Positions 1-9,593 of a stretch of 64,000 bases of DNA are shown here, piece after piece. Origin of the DNA: Segniliparus rotundus DSM 44985 (GTDB lineage Bacteria > Actinomycetota > Actinomycetes > Mycobacteriales > Mycobacteriaceae); contig NC_014168.1 in NCBI RefSeq assembly GCF_000092825.1, forward strand, positions 485,946 through 549,945. Direction: 5' to 3'. Made by a program: the position numbers and the translations under genes. Numbering within the stretch: the first letter of the stretch is position 1; every line of letters starts with the position of its first letter. A model generated the notes under the pieces. The model was given only the letters and a program-made list of their open reading frames with translations, was not told where the DNA came from and did not search any database.

Positions 1-843
1 CGCGACGCGCGACACTTCCCATTGCCCGAGCTCGGAGAGCGCCTGGTTGACGTTGCGCCCGACGTCGCCGCCGACGGGGCCAGAGATGATGACGACCTCG
101 GCCCGGCCGAGCTGGCCTTCGACAATGTCTTTGATCTGGCGTTCGTCATGGGGGACGATGCCGACGCGGTGCGCTTCGGCTCCGGCGTCGCGGGCGGCGG
201 CGGCGAGCGCGTAGGAGTTCACGTCGTACACCTGCCCGCTGCCTGGTGTGCGGTCCACGTCGATCAGCTCGGCTCCCACCGACAACACGGAGACTCGTGG
301 TTTGGGGTGCACGAGCACTCGGTCGCGGCCGACCGCGGCGAGCAAGCCCACTTGCGCGGGGCCGATGATCGTGCCGGAGCGGACGACGACGTCGCCTGCT
401 TTGAGGTCGTCGCCTGCTTTGCGGACGAAGTCGCCGGAGCGCACGCCGAGGTCCACGCGGATGCGCTCGATGCCGCCGTCGGTGAACGCGATCGGCAGGA
501 CCGCGTCGGCGAGAGAGGGCAGGGGCGCGCCTGTTTGCAGCAGCACCGCTTGATGCGGTTGGAGCCGCGCGGGCTGCTTGTTGCCCGCCTCGATGTCGCC
601 GACCACCGGCAGGAACAGGGGGTCGGGGTGCGGGTCGTCGTCCATCGGCTCTGGCAGAGCGACGTCGACGCCCCGGACGGCGTAGCCGTCGACTGCTGCC
701 TGGTCGAAGCCAGGGAAGGAACGACCGGAGATGACGTCCTCGGCGCATTGCAAACCTTGCGCCTCGGAGATCGCCACACGGATAGGGCTCGGGGCAACGG
801 CGGCTGCTAAGACGCGCCGGAGCTGTTCAGCGACTGATCGCAC
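1..843 (-). CDS. moeA: Molybdopterin molybdenumtransferase MoeA, N-terminal part; the gene runs off the window start.
   Basis: Manual minus-strand translation from a GTG at 843 gives VRSVAEQLRRVLAAAVAPSPIRVAISEAQGLQCAEDVISGRSFPGFDQ..., a typical MoeA N-terminus. It is absent from the ORF track because there is no stop codon inside the window. It lies 9 nt downstream of the galU stop, as in mycobacterial galU-moeA. Confidence 0.7.
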   Translation of the reverse strand, partial: MRSVAEQLRRVLAAAVAPSPIRVAISEAQGLQCAEDVISGRSFPGFDQAAVDGYAVRGVDVALPEPMDDDPHPDPLFLPVVGDIEAGNKQPARLQPHQAVLLQTGAPLPSLADAVLPIAFTDGGIERIRVDLGVRSGDFVRKAGDDLKAGDVVVRSGTIIGPAQVGLLAAVGRDRVLVHPKPRVSVLSVGAELIDVDRTPGSGQVYDVNSYALAAAARDAGAEAHRVGIVPHDERQIKDIVEGQLGRAEVVIISGPVGGDVGRNVNQALSELGQWEVSRVA

Positions 844-852
844 GCGCCGAGC

Positions 853-1836
853 TTAACTCAGCCCGAGCCGGCTGATCAACCAAGCGCGCAGGCCGGGGCC
901 GTACTCTTCTCGGTCCAATGCGAAATCGATCGAGGCTTTCAGGTAGCCGCCGGGGTTGCCGAGGTCGTGGCGGTAGCCGTCCCAGACCACGAGATGCACA
1001 GGGCGGCCTCGGTCGATGAGCAGGGCAATCGCATCGGTGAGCTGGATCTCTCCGCCCGCCCCTGGGGCGACTTCGCGCAGGGCGTCGAAGATGGCCCGTT
1101 CCAAGATGTACCGTCCCGCGACGGCCAGATTCGACGGGGCCTTCTCGGCGGGCGGTTTCTCGACCAGGCCGCGCACACGGCGCACCGGGCCTTCCTGTTC
1201 GACGACGTCGAAGACGCCGTACGCGCTGATCTCCTCACGCGGGACCGGGAACGCGCAGATGACGCTGCCGCCGTGTTCGGCACGCACTTGCGCCATGAGA
1301 TTGAGCGCGCCCACCTTCTCGCGGATTTCGATCTGGTCGCAGATGTCCCGCTCGCGCTCCTGCGCCACTTGTTGCGGGGATTTGAGCACGAGGTCGTCGG
1401 GCAGCAGGACCGCGATCGCGTCGTCGTCCGGATGCAGCAAGGGTTCGACTTGGGCGATGGCGTGGCCGAGCCCGAGCGGTTGATGTTGGATGACTGACTC
1501 GACCTTGATGAGCTTGGGGGCGCGGCGCACTTTCTCCAACATGGCCGATTTGCCTTTGGCCTCCAGCGCGCTTTCGAGCACAAGGTCTTCGACGAAGTGG
1601 GCGACAACGGAGTCTTTGCCCTCGGAGGTGACGATGACCAGGCGCTGCGCCCCGGCCTGGGCGGCCTCGGCGGCCACGAGTTCGATCCCCGGGGTGTCCA
1701 CCACGGGCAGGAGTTCTTTCGGGACTGACTTGGTCACGGGGAGGAAGCGGGTGCCCATGCCGGCGGCGGGGACCACCGCGGTGTGGGGCATGCCAGGGCG
1801 AGGAAGGGTGGAGAGGGAATTCTCGTTCTCAGCCAT
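853..1836 (-). CDS. galU: UTP--glucose-1-phosphate uridylyltransferase.
   Basis: 327-aa ORF with the GAGMGTRFLP nucleotide-binding motif and GalU-like length and architecture. Confidence 0.9.
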   Translation of the reverse strand: MAENENSLSTLPRPGMPHTAVVPAAGMGTRFLPVTKSVPKELLPVVDTPGIELVAAEAAQAGAQRLVIVTSEGKDSVVAHFVEDLVLESALEAKGKSAMLEKVRRAPKLIKVESVIQHQPLGLGHAIAQVEPLLHPDDDAIAVLLPDDLVLKSPQQVAQERERDICDQIEIREKVGALNLMAQVRAEHGGSVICAFPVPREEISAYGVFDVVEQEGPVRRVRGLVEKPPAEKAPSNLAVAGRYILERAIFDALREVAPGAGGEIQLTDAIALLIDRGRPVHLVVWDGYRHDLGNPGGYLKASIDFALDREEYGPGLRAWLISRLGLS

Positions 1837-2060
1837 GGCACACAGCCTAGAGGCATCGGCCGGGAAAAGCTCAGCGAGATGCCGAAAATGAGCGCCGCCG
1901 CGCGGCGGGACGCGGGGCGGCGGAAAAATTGCGCGCGCACAATGGTTCTGTTACGCTTTCGGGGCGGCCCGCTCCTCGGCCTTGTTTCCCCTCCCCCCGT
2001 CTAGGGTCGGGTTGAGCGGGCCGCCTTTCTTTTCTCCCCGCTTTTGGCCAACATGGTCGT

Positions 2061-2615
2061 ATGGGACCGCAATCCTCCGCGCAACGCAAAGCCGCGCTTC
2101 GGGCGCAGACCAGGTCCGCGCGGCGCGCGCTCTCGGACGCGCAGCGGGCAGCGCGGGACCGGGCGGTCGACGCCCAGGCCGCGCGGATCGCCGAGCGGTT
2201 CGGCCCCGGCGACGTGGTGAGCTCGTATGTGCCGACCAGTCTCGAGCCGGGGTCCGACCGCATGTTGGCGGCGTTCGCCGACCGGGGGGCGAGCGTGCTC
2301 GTCCCTGTTGTCGTCGGCGTGGACGCGGCGCTCGCGTGGCGGCATTGGCCGGAGGAAGGGCAAGACGCGCCACCAGGCGCGTTGGCCGAGGCGGCAGTCG
2401 TTCTTGTGCCCGCGCTCGCGGTCGACCGGCGGGGTGTTCGCCTCGGTCAAGGCGGGGGGCATTACGACCGCAGTTTGGCCGAGGCAGGTCCAGGGGCGAT
2501 GCTCGTCGCGGTCGTGGACGACCGGGAGCTGGTGGACGAGCTGCCGTGCGAGCCGCACGACGAGCTGCTGGGCTGGGCGCTCACCCCGAAGGGGCTGTGG
2601 CGCCTGGGCGGCTGA
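2061..2615 (+). CDS. 5-formyltetrahydrofolate cyclo-ligase.
   Basis: 184-aa ORF with the GGGHYDR signature. It is divergent from galU, the same arrangement as Mtb Rv0992c/Rv0993. Confidence 0.85.
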   Translation: MGPQSSAQRKAALRAQTRSARRALSDAQRAARDRAVDAQAARIAERFGPGDVVSSYVPTSLEPGSDRMLAAFADRGASVLVPVVVGVDAALAWRHWPEEGQDAPPGALAEAAVVLVPALAVDRRGVRLGQGGGHYDRSLAEAGPGAMLVAVVDDRELVDELPCEPHDELLGWALTPKGLWRLGG

Positions 2616-2636
2616 GGTTCGGCGAGGCGCTGCGGC

Positions 2637-3479
2637 TCAGCGAGAGGATCGGGCTTGGCGCTCGATGCGGCTCAGCGCGGATTGGGCCAGCTCCCGCATT
2701 TTCGGCGCGGGCGAGGGGTAGCAGGACGTGATTTCCACGGCGGCGTTGTGCGCGGCGATCAAGGCGTTGTTGCAGAACCATGCTTTTCCGAGCGCGGAGA
2801 GAGTCCAGAGCAGGATATTGGGGGAGCCAGAGCTCGGCTGCCCGATCAGCTGGAAGGTGCTGTTGCCGCCCCCTTGTGTGGAGCCGGTGATCGGCGTTCC
2901 TTCGCAGTGCTCGCGCATCGCCGCGGCTTCGGCGATCACATCGGTCGCCGAGAAGCCTTCCCGGTACACCGCCGCGATCTCGACGATCTGCGCGTGCTCT
3001 TTGTCCCCGGGCTTCGGCGCGATCGCGGAGGCGCTCGCCACTTGGCCGCGCATGAGCAGCGGCGAGTCCACTTCGAGCACCAGGGCGCGGCATTCGGGAG
3101 GGGAAGCGCTGGAATACATGCTCTCGATGTTGCCGCTGGCGTTGAAGTGTCCGGGCTCGAAGAGGCTTTGGATCGCTTCGGCGGCGATCGGCGCGACCCG
3201 TTGCGAGGATTGCGCCCGCCGGGCACCGGGTTCTTTCGGGTCCCCGCACGAGGCGAGGGCTGTGATCGTCACGGCCACGCCGAGCGCTCGCGTGATCTTG
3301 AGCAGGGGAAATGATGGCAGACGGGCTTGCTCCAGCGGCTTCGCGAGCGTGTCGGCGCGCTCTGAAGCCCTTTCGGCGAGCGCGAGGAGGTCCGCGCCGC
3401 CGCGCTGGGGGCGGCTGGCGAGGCCGGTGGCGGCGCGGGCTGGCACCGGCGCGGCGCGCGGCCGGGAGCGTGGGAACAT
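2637..3479 (-). CDS. Putative lipoprotein or sensor-domain protein.
   Basis: The long ORF contains the hydrophobic stretch ITRALGVAVTITALASC followed by a Cys, which is lipobox-like. The start is uncertain (ATG at 3479 or an internal GTG/TTG). The antisense ORFs here look spurious. Confidence 0.45.
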   Translation of the reverse strand: MFPRSRPRAAPVPARAATGLASRPQRGGADLLALAERASERADTLAKPLEQARLPSFPLLKITRALGVAVTITALASCGDPKEPGARRAQSSQRVAPIAAEAIQSLFEPGHFNASGNIESMYSSASPPECRALVLEVDSPLLMRGQVASASAIAPKPGDKEHAQIVEIAAVYREGFSATDVIAEAAAMREHCEGTPITGSTQGGGNSTFQLIGQPSSGSPNILLWTLSALGKAWFCNNALIAAHNAAVEITSCYPSPAPKMRELAQSALSRIERQARSSR

Positions 3480-3712
3480 GCGCTCAGTGTAGTGACACAA
3501 ACCGCCCGCGCACACACGGAATTGCATGGGCGGCTCGGATGCATTATTCTCGCACTTTGAACAGCGCTGGCGAGGGCTGGTGCTGGTCAGTTCGACCAGC
3601 ACTCGCCGTGATCGACGGAACGCGAACTCTGCACAACCCAGGTTCGGCCGAATCAGTCTTGCTCGGCGGCGCGGTCAACACGACGACTGAACGAACCTGA
3701 GGAGCTCCCCAC

Positions 3713-4342
3713 ATGGCTGAAACCGCCCGCGTTGAAGCGACTGTCCGCGACGAGTTCGGCAAGGGCGCGTCCCGCCGCGCCCGCCGAGACGGCCACGTGC
3801 CCGCCGTCCTCTACGGCCACGGCATCGATCCGAAGCACTTCAACATTCCCGCGAAGGAATTCGCCCGCGTTCTGCGCGCCAACGGCGTCAACGCCATCGT
3901 GAGCTTGCACGCCGGGGGCGAAGAGCACCTCGCCCTGACCAAGACGGTCGTGGTGCACCCGACCAAGAGCTACTTGCAGCACGTCGACCTCCAGGTCATC
4001 CGCCGCGGCGAGCGCATCGCCGTCGACGTGCCCGTCGTGCTGACCGGCTCCGCCGCCTCCGGCTCTGTGGTCCAGCACGAGACCACCACCCTGTCGGTCG
4101 AGGCCGAGGCGATGCACATCCCGGAGCAGATCGAGGTCTCCATCGAAGGTTTGGAGATCGGCTCGAAGATCATCGCCAGCGAGCTGGAGCTGCCCGAGGC
4201 CGTGTCGCTGACCGGCGACCCCGAGCAGATGATCGTGCAGATCAACGAGGCTCGCGCCGCCCAGGTCGAGCAGGATTCGGCCGAGGGCTCGGACGAAGCC
4301 GAGGCCGACTCCTCCGCCGAAGACGGCGGCGAGGAGAGCTGA
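3713..4342 (+). CDS. rplY: 50S ribosomal protein L25 / general stress protein Ctc.
   Basis: 209 aa with an L25/Ctc N-domain (RRDGHVPAVLYG) and an acidic C-terminal tail. Confidence 0.9.
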   Translation: MAETARVEATVRDEFGKGASRRARRDGHVPAVLYGHGIDPKHFNIPAKEFARVLRANGVNAIVSLHAGGEEHLALTKTVVVHPTKSYLQHVDLQVIRRGERIAVDVPVVLTGSAASGSVVQHETTTLSVEAEAMHIPEQIEVSIEGLEIGSKIIASELELPEAVSLTGDPEQMIVQINEARAAQVEQDSAEGSDEAEADSSAEDGGEES

Positions 4343-4374
4343 CTGCGAGCGTCGGCGGGCCCTGCGGTCCGATC

Positions 4375-4935
4375 GTGATCGCCGGGCTGGGCAACCCCGG
4401 CCCCAAATACGAGAAGACCCGCCACAACGTCGGCCACATGGTCGTGGACCTGCTCCTCGCTCGGGCAGGCGGGTCGTTGCGTGCGCACAAAACCTCAGGC
4501 ATGCTCGCGGCACGGCTGTCCTTCCACGGCCGCGGGGTGATCCTGGGCAAGCCCACGGCGTACATGAACGTCTGCGGCCCGCAGATCGCCAAGCTCGCGA
4601 AGTACTTCTCCGTGCCCGCGGCGGATGTCGTCGCTGTGCATGACGAACTCGATATCGGGTTCGGGCTGGTGCGGCTCAAACGCGGCGGCGGGGAGGCCGG
4701 GCACAACGGCCTGCGCTCGCTGTCCTCTTCGCTCGGCACCAAGGAGTACTGCCGGGTCCGGGTCGGCGTCGGCCGTCCGCCGGTCGGGACGCAGACGGCG
4801 GATTTCGTCCTCGCCGGTTTCCGCGCCGACGAGCGCAAGGAGCTCCCCGGCCTGCTGGAGCGTTCCGCCGACGCGGTGGAGGCATTGGTGCGCGAGGGGC
4901 TTGAGGCGGCGCAGAATCGCGTCCATTCGGCATAG
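4375..4935 (+). CDS. pth: Peptidyl-tRNA hydrolase.
   Basis: IAGLGNPG and HNVGHM motifs. GTG start. It follows rplY, as in many bacteria. Confidence 0.9.
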   Translation: MIAGLGNPGPKYEKTRHNVGHMVVDLLLARAGGSLRAHKTSGMLAARLSFHGRGVILGKPTAYMNVCGPQIAKLAKYFSVPAADVVAVHDELDIGFGLVRLKRGGGEAGHNGLRSLSSSLGTKEYCRVRVGVGRPPVGTQTADFVLAGFRADERKELPGLLERSADAVEALVREGLEAAQNRVHSA

Positions 4936-4951
4936 CCGAGGCGGGCCGCGC

Positions 4952-5329
4952 CTACTGGCGCGCGCCGCGGTCGGCCGCGACAGCCTGATAGCCGCCGACG
5001 ACGTCGGTGGCCCGCCACAGGCCCAGGTCCTGCAGGCTGGCGGCGGCGAGGCTGGACGTGTACCCCTCGGAACAGAGGAGCACCCATTCCACGTCGTGGT
5101 CCACCGCCTGCGGGAGGCGCGCGTCGCTGGCCGGGTCGCAACGCCACTCCAACACATTGCGCTCGATGACCAACGCCTCCGGCAGTTCGCCCTCGCGAGC
5201 CCGTTGCGCGGCGGGCCGGATGTCCACCAGGATCGCGCCGCGCCGCAACGCAGCGGGAAGCTCATGCGGCTCAAGCCGGGCGAGCCGCGAACGCGCCTCG
5301 CCGAGGACTTCGTCGATCGTGCGTTTCAC
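4952..5329 (-). CDS. Rhodanese-domain sulfurtransferase (single domain).
   Basis: The C-terminal 125 aa of ORF 4952..5638 form a rhodanese fold (ILVDIRPAAQ..., CSEGYTSS active-site loop). I placed the start at the GTG at 5329, because the Arg-rich N-terminal extension is implausible. Confidence 0.6.
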   Translation of the reverse strand: MKRTIDEVLGEARSRLARLEPHELPAALRRGAILVDIRPAAQRAREGELPEALVIERNVLEWRCDPASDARLPQAVDHDVEWVLLCSEGYTSSLAAASLQDLGLWRATDVVGGYQAVAADRGARQ

Positions 5330-5358
5330 AACAGCGAGGTGAGTCGCCGGGGAGCGCG

Positions 5359-5931
5359 TCAACGCTTCGGCCGCTCGGGGACGTCGGTGAGCTCTGCGCG
5401 AACGCGGCGCAACGACTGCTGTTCGGTCACCTCGTAGTAGCTCATGACCGTCAACGGCGGCGAGTACGCGTGGACGGACAGCGCCGGGGCGGTGGAACCG
5501 GGCGCTGCGGCGCCCTTCACCAGGGGCGACACCCCCGGCTGTGCCCAGGTCACGTCGTGGACCCAACCCAGCGCGAACGCGGCTTGCGCCCCGGCGCCGA
5601 GGCGGCGTTCGCGAAGCCTGCTGCCGGTCCAACGCCATTCCGCGAGCGCCCCGTCGACGACGGTGAGCGCTCCCAGGGACCCGCCGTGGTCGTGCAGCTC
5701 CGTGGTGCGGTCCGGGACCCAGCTGATCGCCCAGACGTCGAGTTCGTCATCGGCGAACAGTTGCCGGCACCATCGGTCGTCGGTCGGCCATCCTCCCGCC
5801 GGGGGCAACAGGTGCGCCCAGGCCCCGTCTTTGATCTGTTCGGCCACATCGGCGGTGGTGCGCAGCAGATCAGCCGTGCTCAGCCGGGTGGGCAACGGGC
5901 GTTGCCGGGTCAAAAGGGACGGGGTGGACAC
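5359..5931 (-). CDS. Cysteine dioxygenase type I family (cupin) protein.
   Basis: 190 aa with an LHDHGGS cupin metal motif. It is co-oriented with the downstream rhodanese, the usual actinobacterial CDO-rhodanese pair. Confidence 0.55.
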   Translation of the reverse strand: MSTPSLLTRQRPLPTRLSTADLLRTTADVAEQIKDGAWAHLLPPAGGWPTDDRWCRQLFADDELDVWAISWVPDRTTELHDHGGSLGALTVVDGALAEWRWTGSRLRERRLGAGAQAAFALGWVHDVTWAQPGVSPLVKGAAAPGSTAPALSVHAYSPPLTVMSYYEVTEQQSLRRVRAELTDVPERPKR

Positions 5932-6093
5932 GGGAGGTGCTCCTGAAGGGTCGTCTTGGTCGGGGGCAGGGCGGGGCTAGGAGCCCGAACAACACCGCAA
6001 GCTCACCTGAAGAGCACCAAGACGCATGAGAGCAGTATGGCAAAGACACGGCGATCCCGCAGCCGGGCCGCGGCGCCCTGCTAGCATCGGCGG

Positions 6094-6942
6094 ATGCTCT
6101 TCGCCAATGCTCTCATCGGGTTGCGGGAAGGCCTGGAAGCATCGATCATTGTCACGATTCTCTGCGCCTTCCTGGTGAAATCCGGCCTCAAGAGTCATGT
6201 GAAATGGGTGTGGACCGGGGTCGCTGTCGCACTTGGGATCACGGTGACTGTTTTCCTCGTCATCACCTATGGCTCCTCGACGCTCTCCAGCCTCGGGCAG
6301 GAGTTCGTCGGCGGGGTCGCCTCGTTGGTCGCGGTGGCGATTGTGACCACGATGGTGCTGTGGATGCGCACCGCCGCCGCGTCGCTCTCCGGAGATCTGA
6401 AGGCGGCGTTGGCCAAGGCGGTCTCGCTCGGCCCTGCGGCTGTGGTGCTCATGTCCGGGCTCGCGGTCGGGCGCGAGGGGATTGAGACCGCGCTTTTGGT
6501 CTTCGACACGACCCAGAGCAACCCCAGCTCGCTCTATGGCCTGCTCGTCGGGGTCGCTGTCGCCGTCGCGCTCGCGATCGCCATGTATTTCGGGGCGCTG
6601 AGAATCAATTTGAGCGCGTTCTTCAAAGTCACCGGGGTCCTGTTGGTGTTCGTCGCCGCCGGCGTCTTGCGTTACGGGGTCAATGACCTGCAAGAGGCGG
6701 GGGCCCTGCCCGGCTCCGAACGTCTCGCGTTCGATGTTTCGGGGACTATCGACCCCAACACCTGGCCCGCGAAGCTTGTCGAGGGCATGTTCAACATCGT
6801 GCCCAATCCGACGCTGCTGTCCGCGATCGCCTGGTTGGTCTATGTCGTCGTGGTGCTGGCGGTGTTCCTGCGGCCGGTGCGGCCCCAATCGGCTGCGCCC
6901 CCCGCAGCGCAAGCCCAGCGGGGCGTTTCTGCGGACTCGTAG
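6094..6942 (+). CDS. efeU: Iron permease EfeU (FTR1 family).
   Basis: A 7-TM protein with the REGLEA (RExxE) motif. It is followed by efeO and efeB. Confidence 0.85.
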   Translation: MLFANALIGLREGLEASIIVTILCAFLVKSGLKSHVKWVWTGVAVALGITVTVFLVITYGSSTLSSLGQEFVGGVASLVAVAIVTTMVLWMRTAAASLSGDLKAALAKAVSLGPAAVVLMSGLAVGREGIETALLVFDTTQSNPSSLYGLLVGVAVAVALAIAMYFGALRINLSAFFKVTGVLLVFVAAGVLRYGVNDLQEAGALPGSERLAFDVSGTIDPNTWPAKLVEGMFNIVPNPTLLSAIAWLVYVVVVLAVFLRPVRPQSAAPPAAQAQRGVSADS

Positions 6943-7151
6943 GGGCGCAGGCAGGCATCTCCTATCCGGCTTCGCAGATCAGTGCGGGTTTCCGGGGGAG
7001 TCTGCCCAGGGCGAAAAGGACGCCTTCTGCTACTGTCAGGCGAGGCGACTGCGCAGTCTGGCATCAGCTCTCGTCTGAAACCGGCGCCGTGTGCGACCAG
7101 CGCAGTGCGCAACCAGGCCGATGTGATTCGGCCACGACCGAAAGCGACCGA

Positions 7152-8306
7152 ATGAGCAACAGATCCGCCCTCTCGATCATCCTCGCCCCGATGGGCGCCG
7201 CGCTCCTGGTCTCCGGCTGCGAGGCGAAGGTCAAACCCGGCCAAGCGTCCGGGGACATCGCCGTCACCGCGACGGACGACTCCTGTCAGCTCACCGCGAA
7301 CAGCGCGAACACCGGCAACGTCGTTTTCAAGGTGACGAACAAGGGGACAAAGGTCACCGAGTTCTATGTGTACGGGGTCGGCGACCGGGTCATCGGCGAA
7401 GTGGAGAACATCGGGCCCGGCGTGACCCGGACGCTCATCGCGCCGCTCAGCGAGCCGGGCTCGTACCAAACCTCCTGCCGCCCCGGCATGATCGGCAACG
7501 GCGTCCGCAAGCCTTTCACGGTGACCGGGCCGTCCGTGGCGCAGGCCGATCCGAAGGGCCTGCTCGCCAACGCCGCTTCGGAGTACAAACGGTACGTGGT
7601 GAGCCAGATCGACGCCCTCAAACAGGCGACCGCGGAGTTCGCCGACAAGATCAAGGCGGGCGACGTCGCCGGAGCCAAAGCCGTGTACCCGGTCGCCCGC
7701 CTCTACTACGAGCGGATCGAGCCCATCGCCGAATCCTTCCAGGACCCGAAGAACAACCTGGACCTGAAGATCGACATGCGGATCGACGACGCGAAGTCCG
7801 GTATCGTGTTCACGGGCTTCCACCGCCTGGAGCAGGATCTTTGGGAGGGCGTCAAACCCGACACGAACCAGATCGCCGACCAGCTCGTCGCCGATGTCGG
7901 CGAGCTGGACGCGAAGGTCAAAGACCCCGGTTTCACGTTCACCGGCCTCGACATCGCGCACGGCGCGCAACAGCTGCTCGACGAGGTCGCCGCCACCAAG
8001 ATCACCGGCGAAGAGGACCGCTACTCGCACACCGACCTGTGGGACTTCCAAGCCAACATCGAAGGCTCCCAACATGCGATAGCGGCGTTGCGCCAGGTCA
8101 TCGACGAGCGCAAGCCGGGCCTCGGACCGCAGATCGACGCCGCGTTCGCGAAGGTGCAGCAGGAGCTGGACGCCTTGCGCCAGGGCGACGGTTTCGTCTT
8201 CTACACCGACCAGACGGTCTCCCCGCAGAAACGCAAGGCGTTCTCCGACTCCATTGACGCGCTCTCCAAGCAAGTGAGCCAGGTGGAGGCGGTCGTCGCG
8301 GGCTAG
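7152..8306 (+). CDS. efeO: Iron uptake system component EfeO (cupredoxin plus M75-like domain), lipoprotein.
   Basis: An internal ATG at 7152 gives MSNRSALSIILAPMGAALLVSGC (lipobox). The domain architecture is EfeO-like. Confidence 0.8.
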   Translation: MSNRSALSIILAPMGAALLVSGCEAKVKPGQASGDIAVTATDDSCQLTANSANTGNVVFKVTNKGTKVTEFYVYGVGDRVIGEVENIGPGVTRTLIAPLSEPGSYQTSCRPGMIGNGVRKPFTVTGPSVAQADPKGLLANAASEYKRYVVSQIDALKQATAEFADKIKAGDVAGAKAVYPVARLYYERIEPIAESFQDPKNNLDLKIDMRIDDAKSGIVFTGFHRLEQDLWEGVKPDTNQIADQLVADVGELDAKVKDPGFTFTGLDIAHGAQQLLDEVAATKITGEEDRYSHTDLWDFQANIEGSQHAIAALRQVIDERKPGLGPQIDAAFAKVQQELDALRQGDGFVFYTDQTVSPQKRKAFSDSIDALSKQVSQVEAVVAG

Positions 8307-8318
8307 GCTGGTCGAGTT

Positions 8319-9593
8319 ATGAACAACTCTCTTGAACCCCGGTACTCCCGGCGCCAGCTCCTCGCCGTCGGCGGGGCAAGCGCGGTTGTGGCGGCTGGAG
8401 CGGGCGCCGCGGCGGGGCGCGCGCACATCCCTGAGCGCGCCGCCGCAGGATCGGACCGCGACGGGGTTGTGCCGTTCCGGGCCGCGCATCAGGCCGGGAT
8501 CGTCACCGCGCAGCAAGACCAGCTGCATTTCGCCGCCCTCGATGTGATGACCGAGTCGCGCGAGGAACTGGTCGCCCTCATCAAACAGTGGACTGTGATG
8601 GCCGAGCGCATGACGAAGGGGCAGGAAGCGACCCCCGGAGGCGCCATGGGCGGCAATCCGCTCGCGCCGCCCCAAGACACCGGTGAGGCGTTCGACCTGG
8701 CGCCCGCCCAGCTCACCATCACCGTCGGCTTCGGCCCTGGGATCTTCGAGAAGGACGGCAAAGACCGGTTCGGGCTCGCGAAACACCGGCCGGAGCCGCT
8801 CACGCCGTTGCCCGGTTTCCCCGGCGACGCGTTGGAGCCCGCGCGTTGCGGCGGCGACGTCGTGATCCAAGCCTGCGCCAATGACCCGCAGGTCGCGGTC
8901 CACGCCGTGCGCAACCTGGTGCGAACAGGCTTCGGCGTGGTCTCGGTGCGTTGGTCCCAGCTCGGCTTCGGGCGCACCTCGTCCACCTCGACGCGCCAAG
9001 TGACGCCCCGGAATTTGTTCGGCTTCAAGGACGGCACCAACAACATCAAGGCCGAGGAAACAAACGAGCTCGACAAACACATCTGGGTGGCCAAGGACGA
9101 CGGGCCGGACTGGCTTGTCGGCGGGACGTATCTCGTGGCCCGGCGGATCCGGATGAACATTGAGCGGTGGGACCGCGATTTCCTCAAGGACCAGGAGCAG
9201 ACCATCGGGCGCACGAAGGAAAGCGGCGCCCCGCTGTCGGGCGGGGGCGAGTTCGAACCGCTGGACCTCGACGCGAAGCTCGGCGTCGAGCCCGCGATCC
9301 CCTGGAACGCCCATGTGCGCCTCGCCTCGCACCAAAATCTCGGCGGCATACGAATCCTGCGGCGCGGGTACAATTTCACGGACGGCTCCGATGGCGTGGG
9401 CCATCTGGACGCCGGATTGTTCTTCTTGGCGTTTTGCCGAGACCCGCAGAAACAGTTCGTGCCCATGCAACAGACCCTCGCCAAGAGCGACGCGCTCAAC
9501 GAGTACATCAAGCACACCGGGTCCGCCCTTTTCGTCTGCCCGCCAGGACTTGGGGACGGCGAATACTGGGGCCAGAAGCTTTTCGAGGGCTGA
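8319..9593 (+). CDS. efeB: Dyp-type peroxidase EfeB (Tat-exported).
   Basis: RRQLLAVGG twin-arginine signal. Dyp-type peroxidase core (GGTYLVARRI...). Confidence 0.9.
   Translation: MNNSLEPRYSRRQLLAVGGASAVVAAGAGAAAGRAHIPERAAAGSDRDGVVPFRAAHQAGIVTAQQDQLHFAALDVMTESREELVALIKQWTVMAERMTKGQEATPGGAMGGNPLAPPQDTGEAFDLAPAQLTITVGFGPGIFEKDGKDRFGLAKHRPEPLTPLPGFPGDALEPARCGGDVVIQACANDPQVAVHAVRNLVRTGFGVVSVRWSQLGFGRTSSTSTRQVTPRNLFGFKDGTNNIKAEETNELDKHIWVAKDDGPDWLVGGTYLVARRIRMNIERWDRDFLKDQEQTIGRTKESGAPLSGGGEFEPLDLDAKLGVEPAIPWNAHVRLASHQNLGGIRILRRGYNFTDGSDGVGHLDAGLFFLAFCRDPQKQFVPMQQTLAKSDALNEYIKHTGSALFVCPPGLGDGEYWGQKLFEG

Noticed and set aside
22..810. 262-aa plus-strand ORF and two Arg/Ser-rich minus-strand ORFs at the window start.
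   Set aside because: All are alternative-frame or antisense readings of the genuine minus-strand moeA, whose MoeA N-terminus I verified by translating from 843. Their composition (D/V/H/R-rich or R/S/P-rich) is typical of high-GC off-frame ORFs.
1840..2060. Imperfect inverted repeat (ggcggcccgctc ... gagcgggccgcc) in the galU / 5-FCL divergent promoter.
   Set aside because: The arms are separated by about 40 nt of C-rich sequence and are GC-trivial in a 70% GC genome, so they are not distinctive enough to call.
5941..6093. Possible IdeR or Fur box upstream of efeU.
   Set aside because: No sequence resembling the TTAGGTTAGGCTAACCTAA iron box or a Fur box could be found by eye.
9167..9592. 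N-terminal part of ORF 9167..9982 overlapping efeB.
   Set aside because: It is an out-of-frame overlap with the well-supported efeB. Only the portion from the ATG at 9593 onward resembles a (truncated) GNAT.
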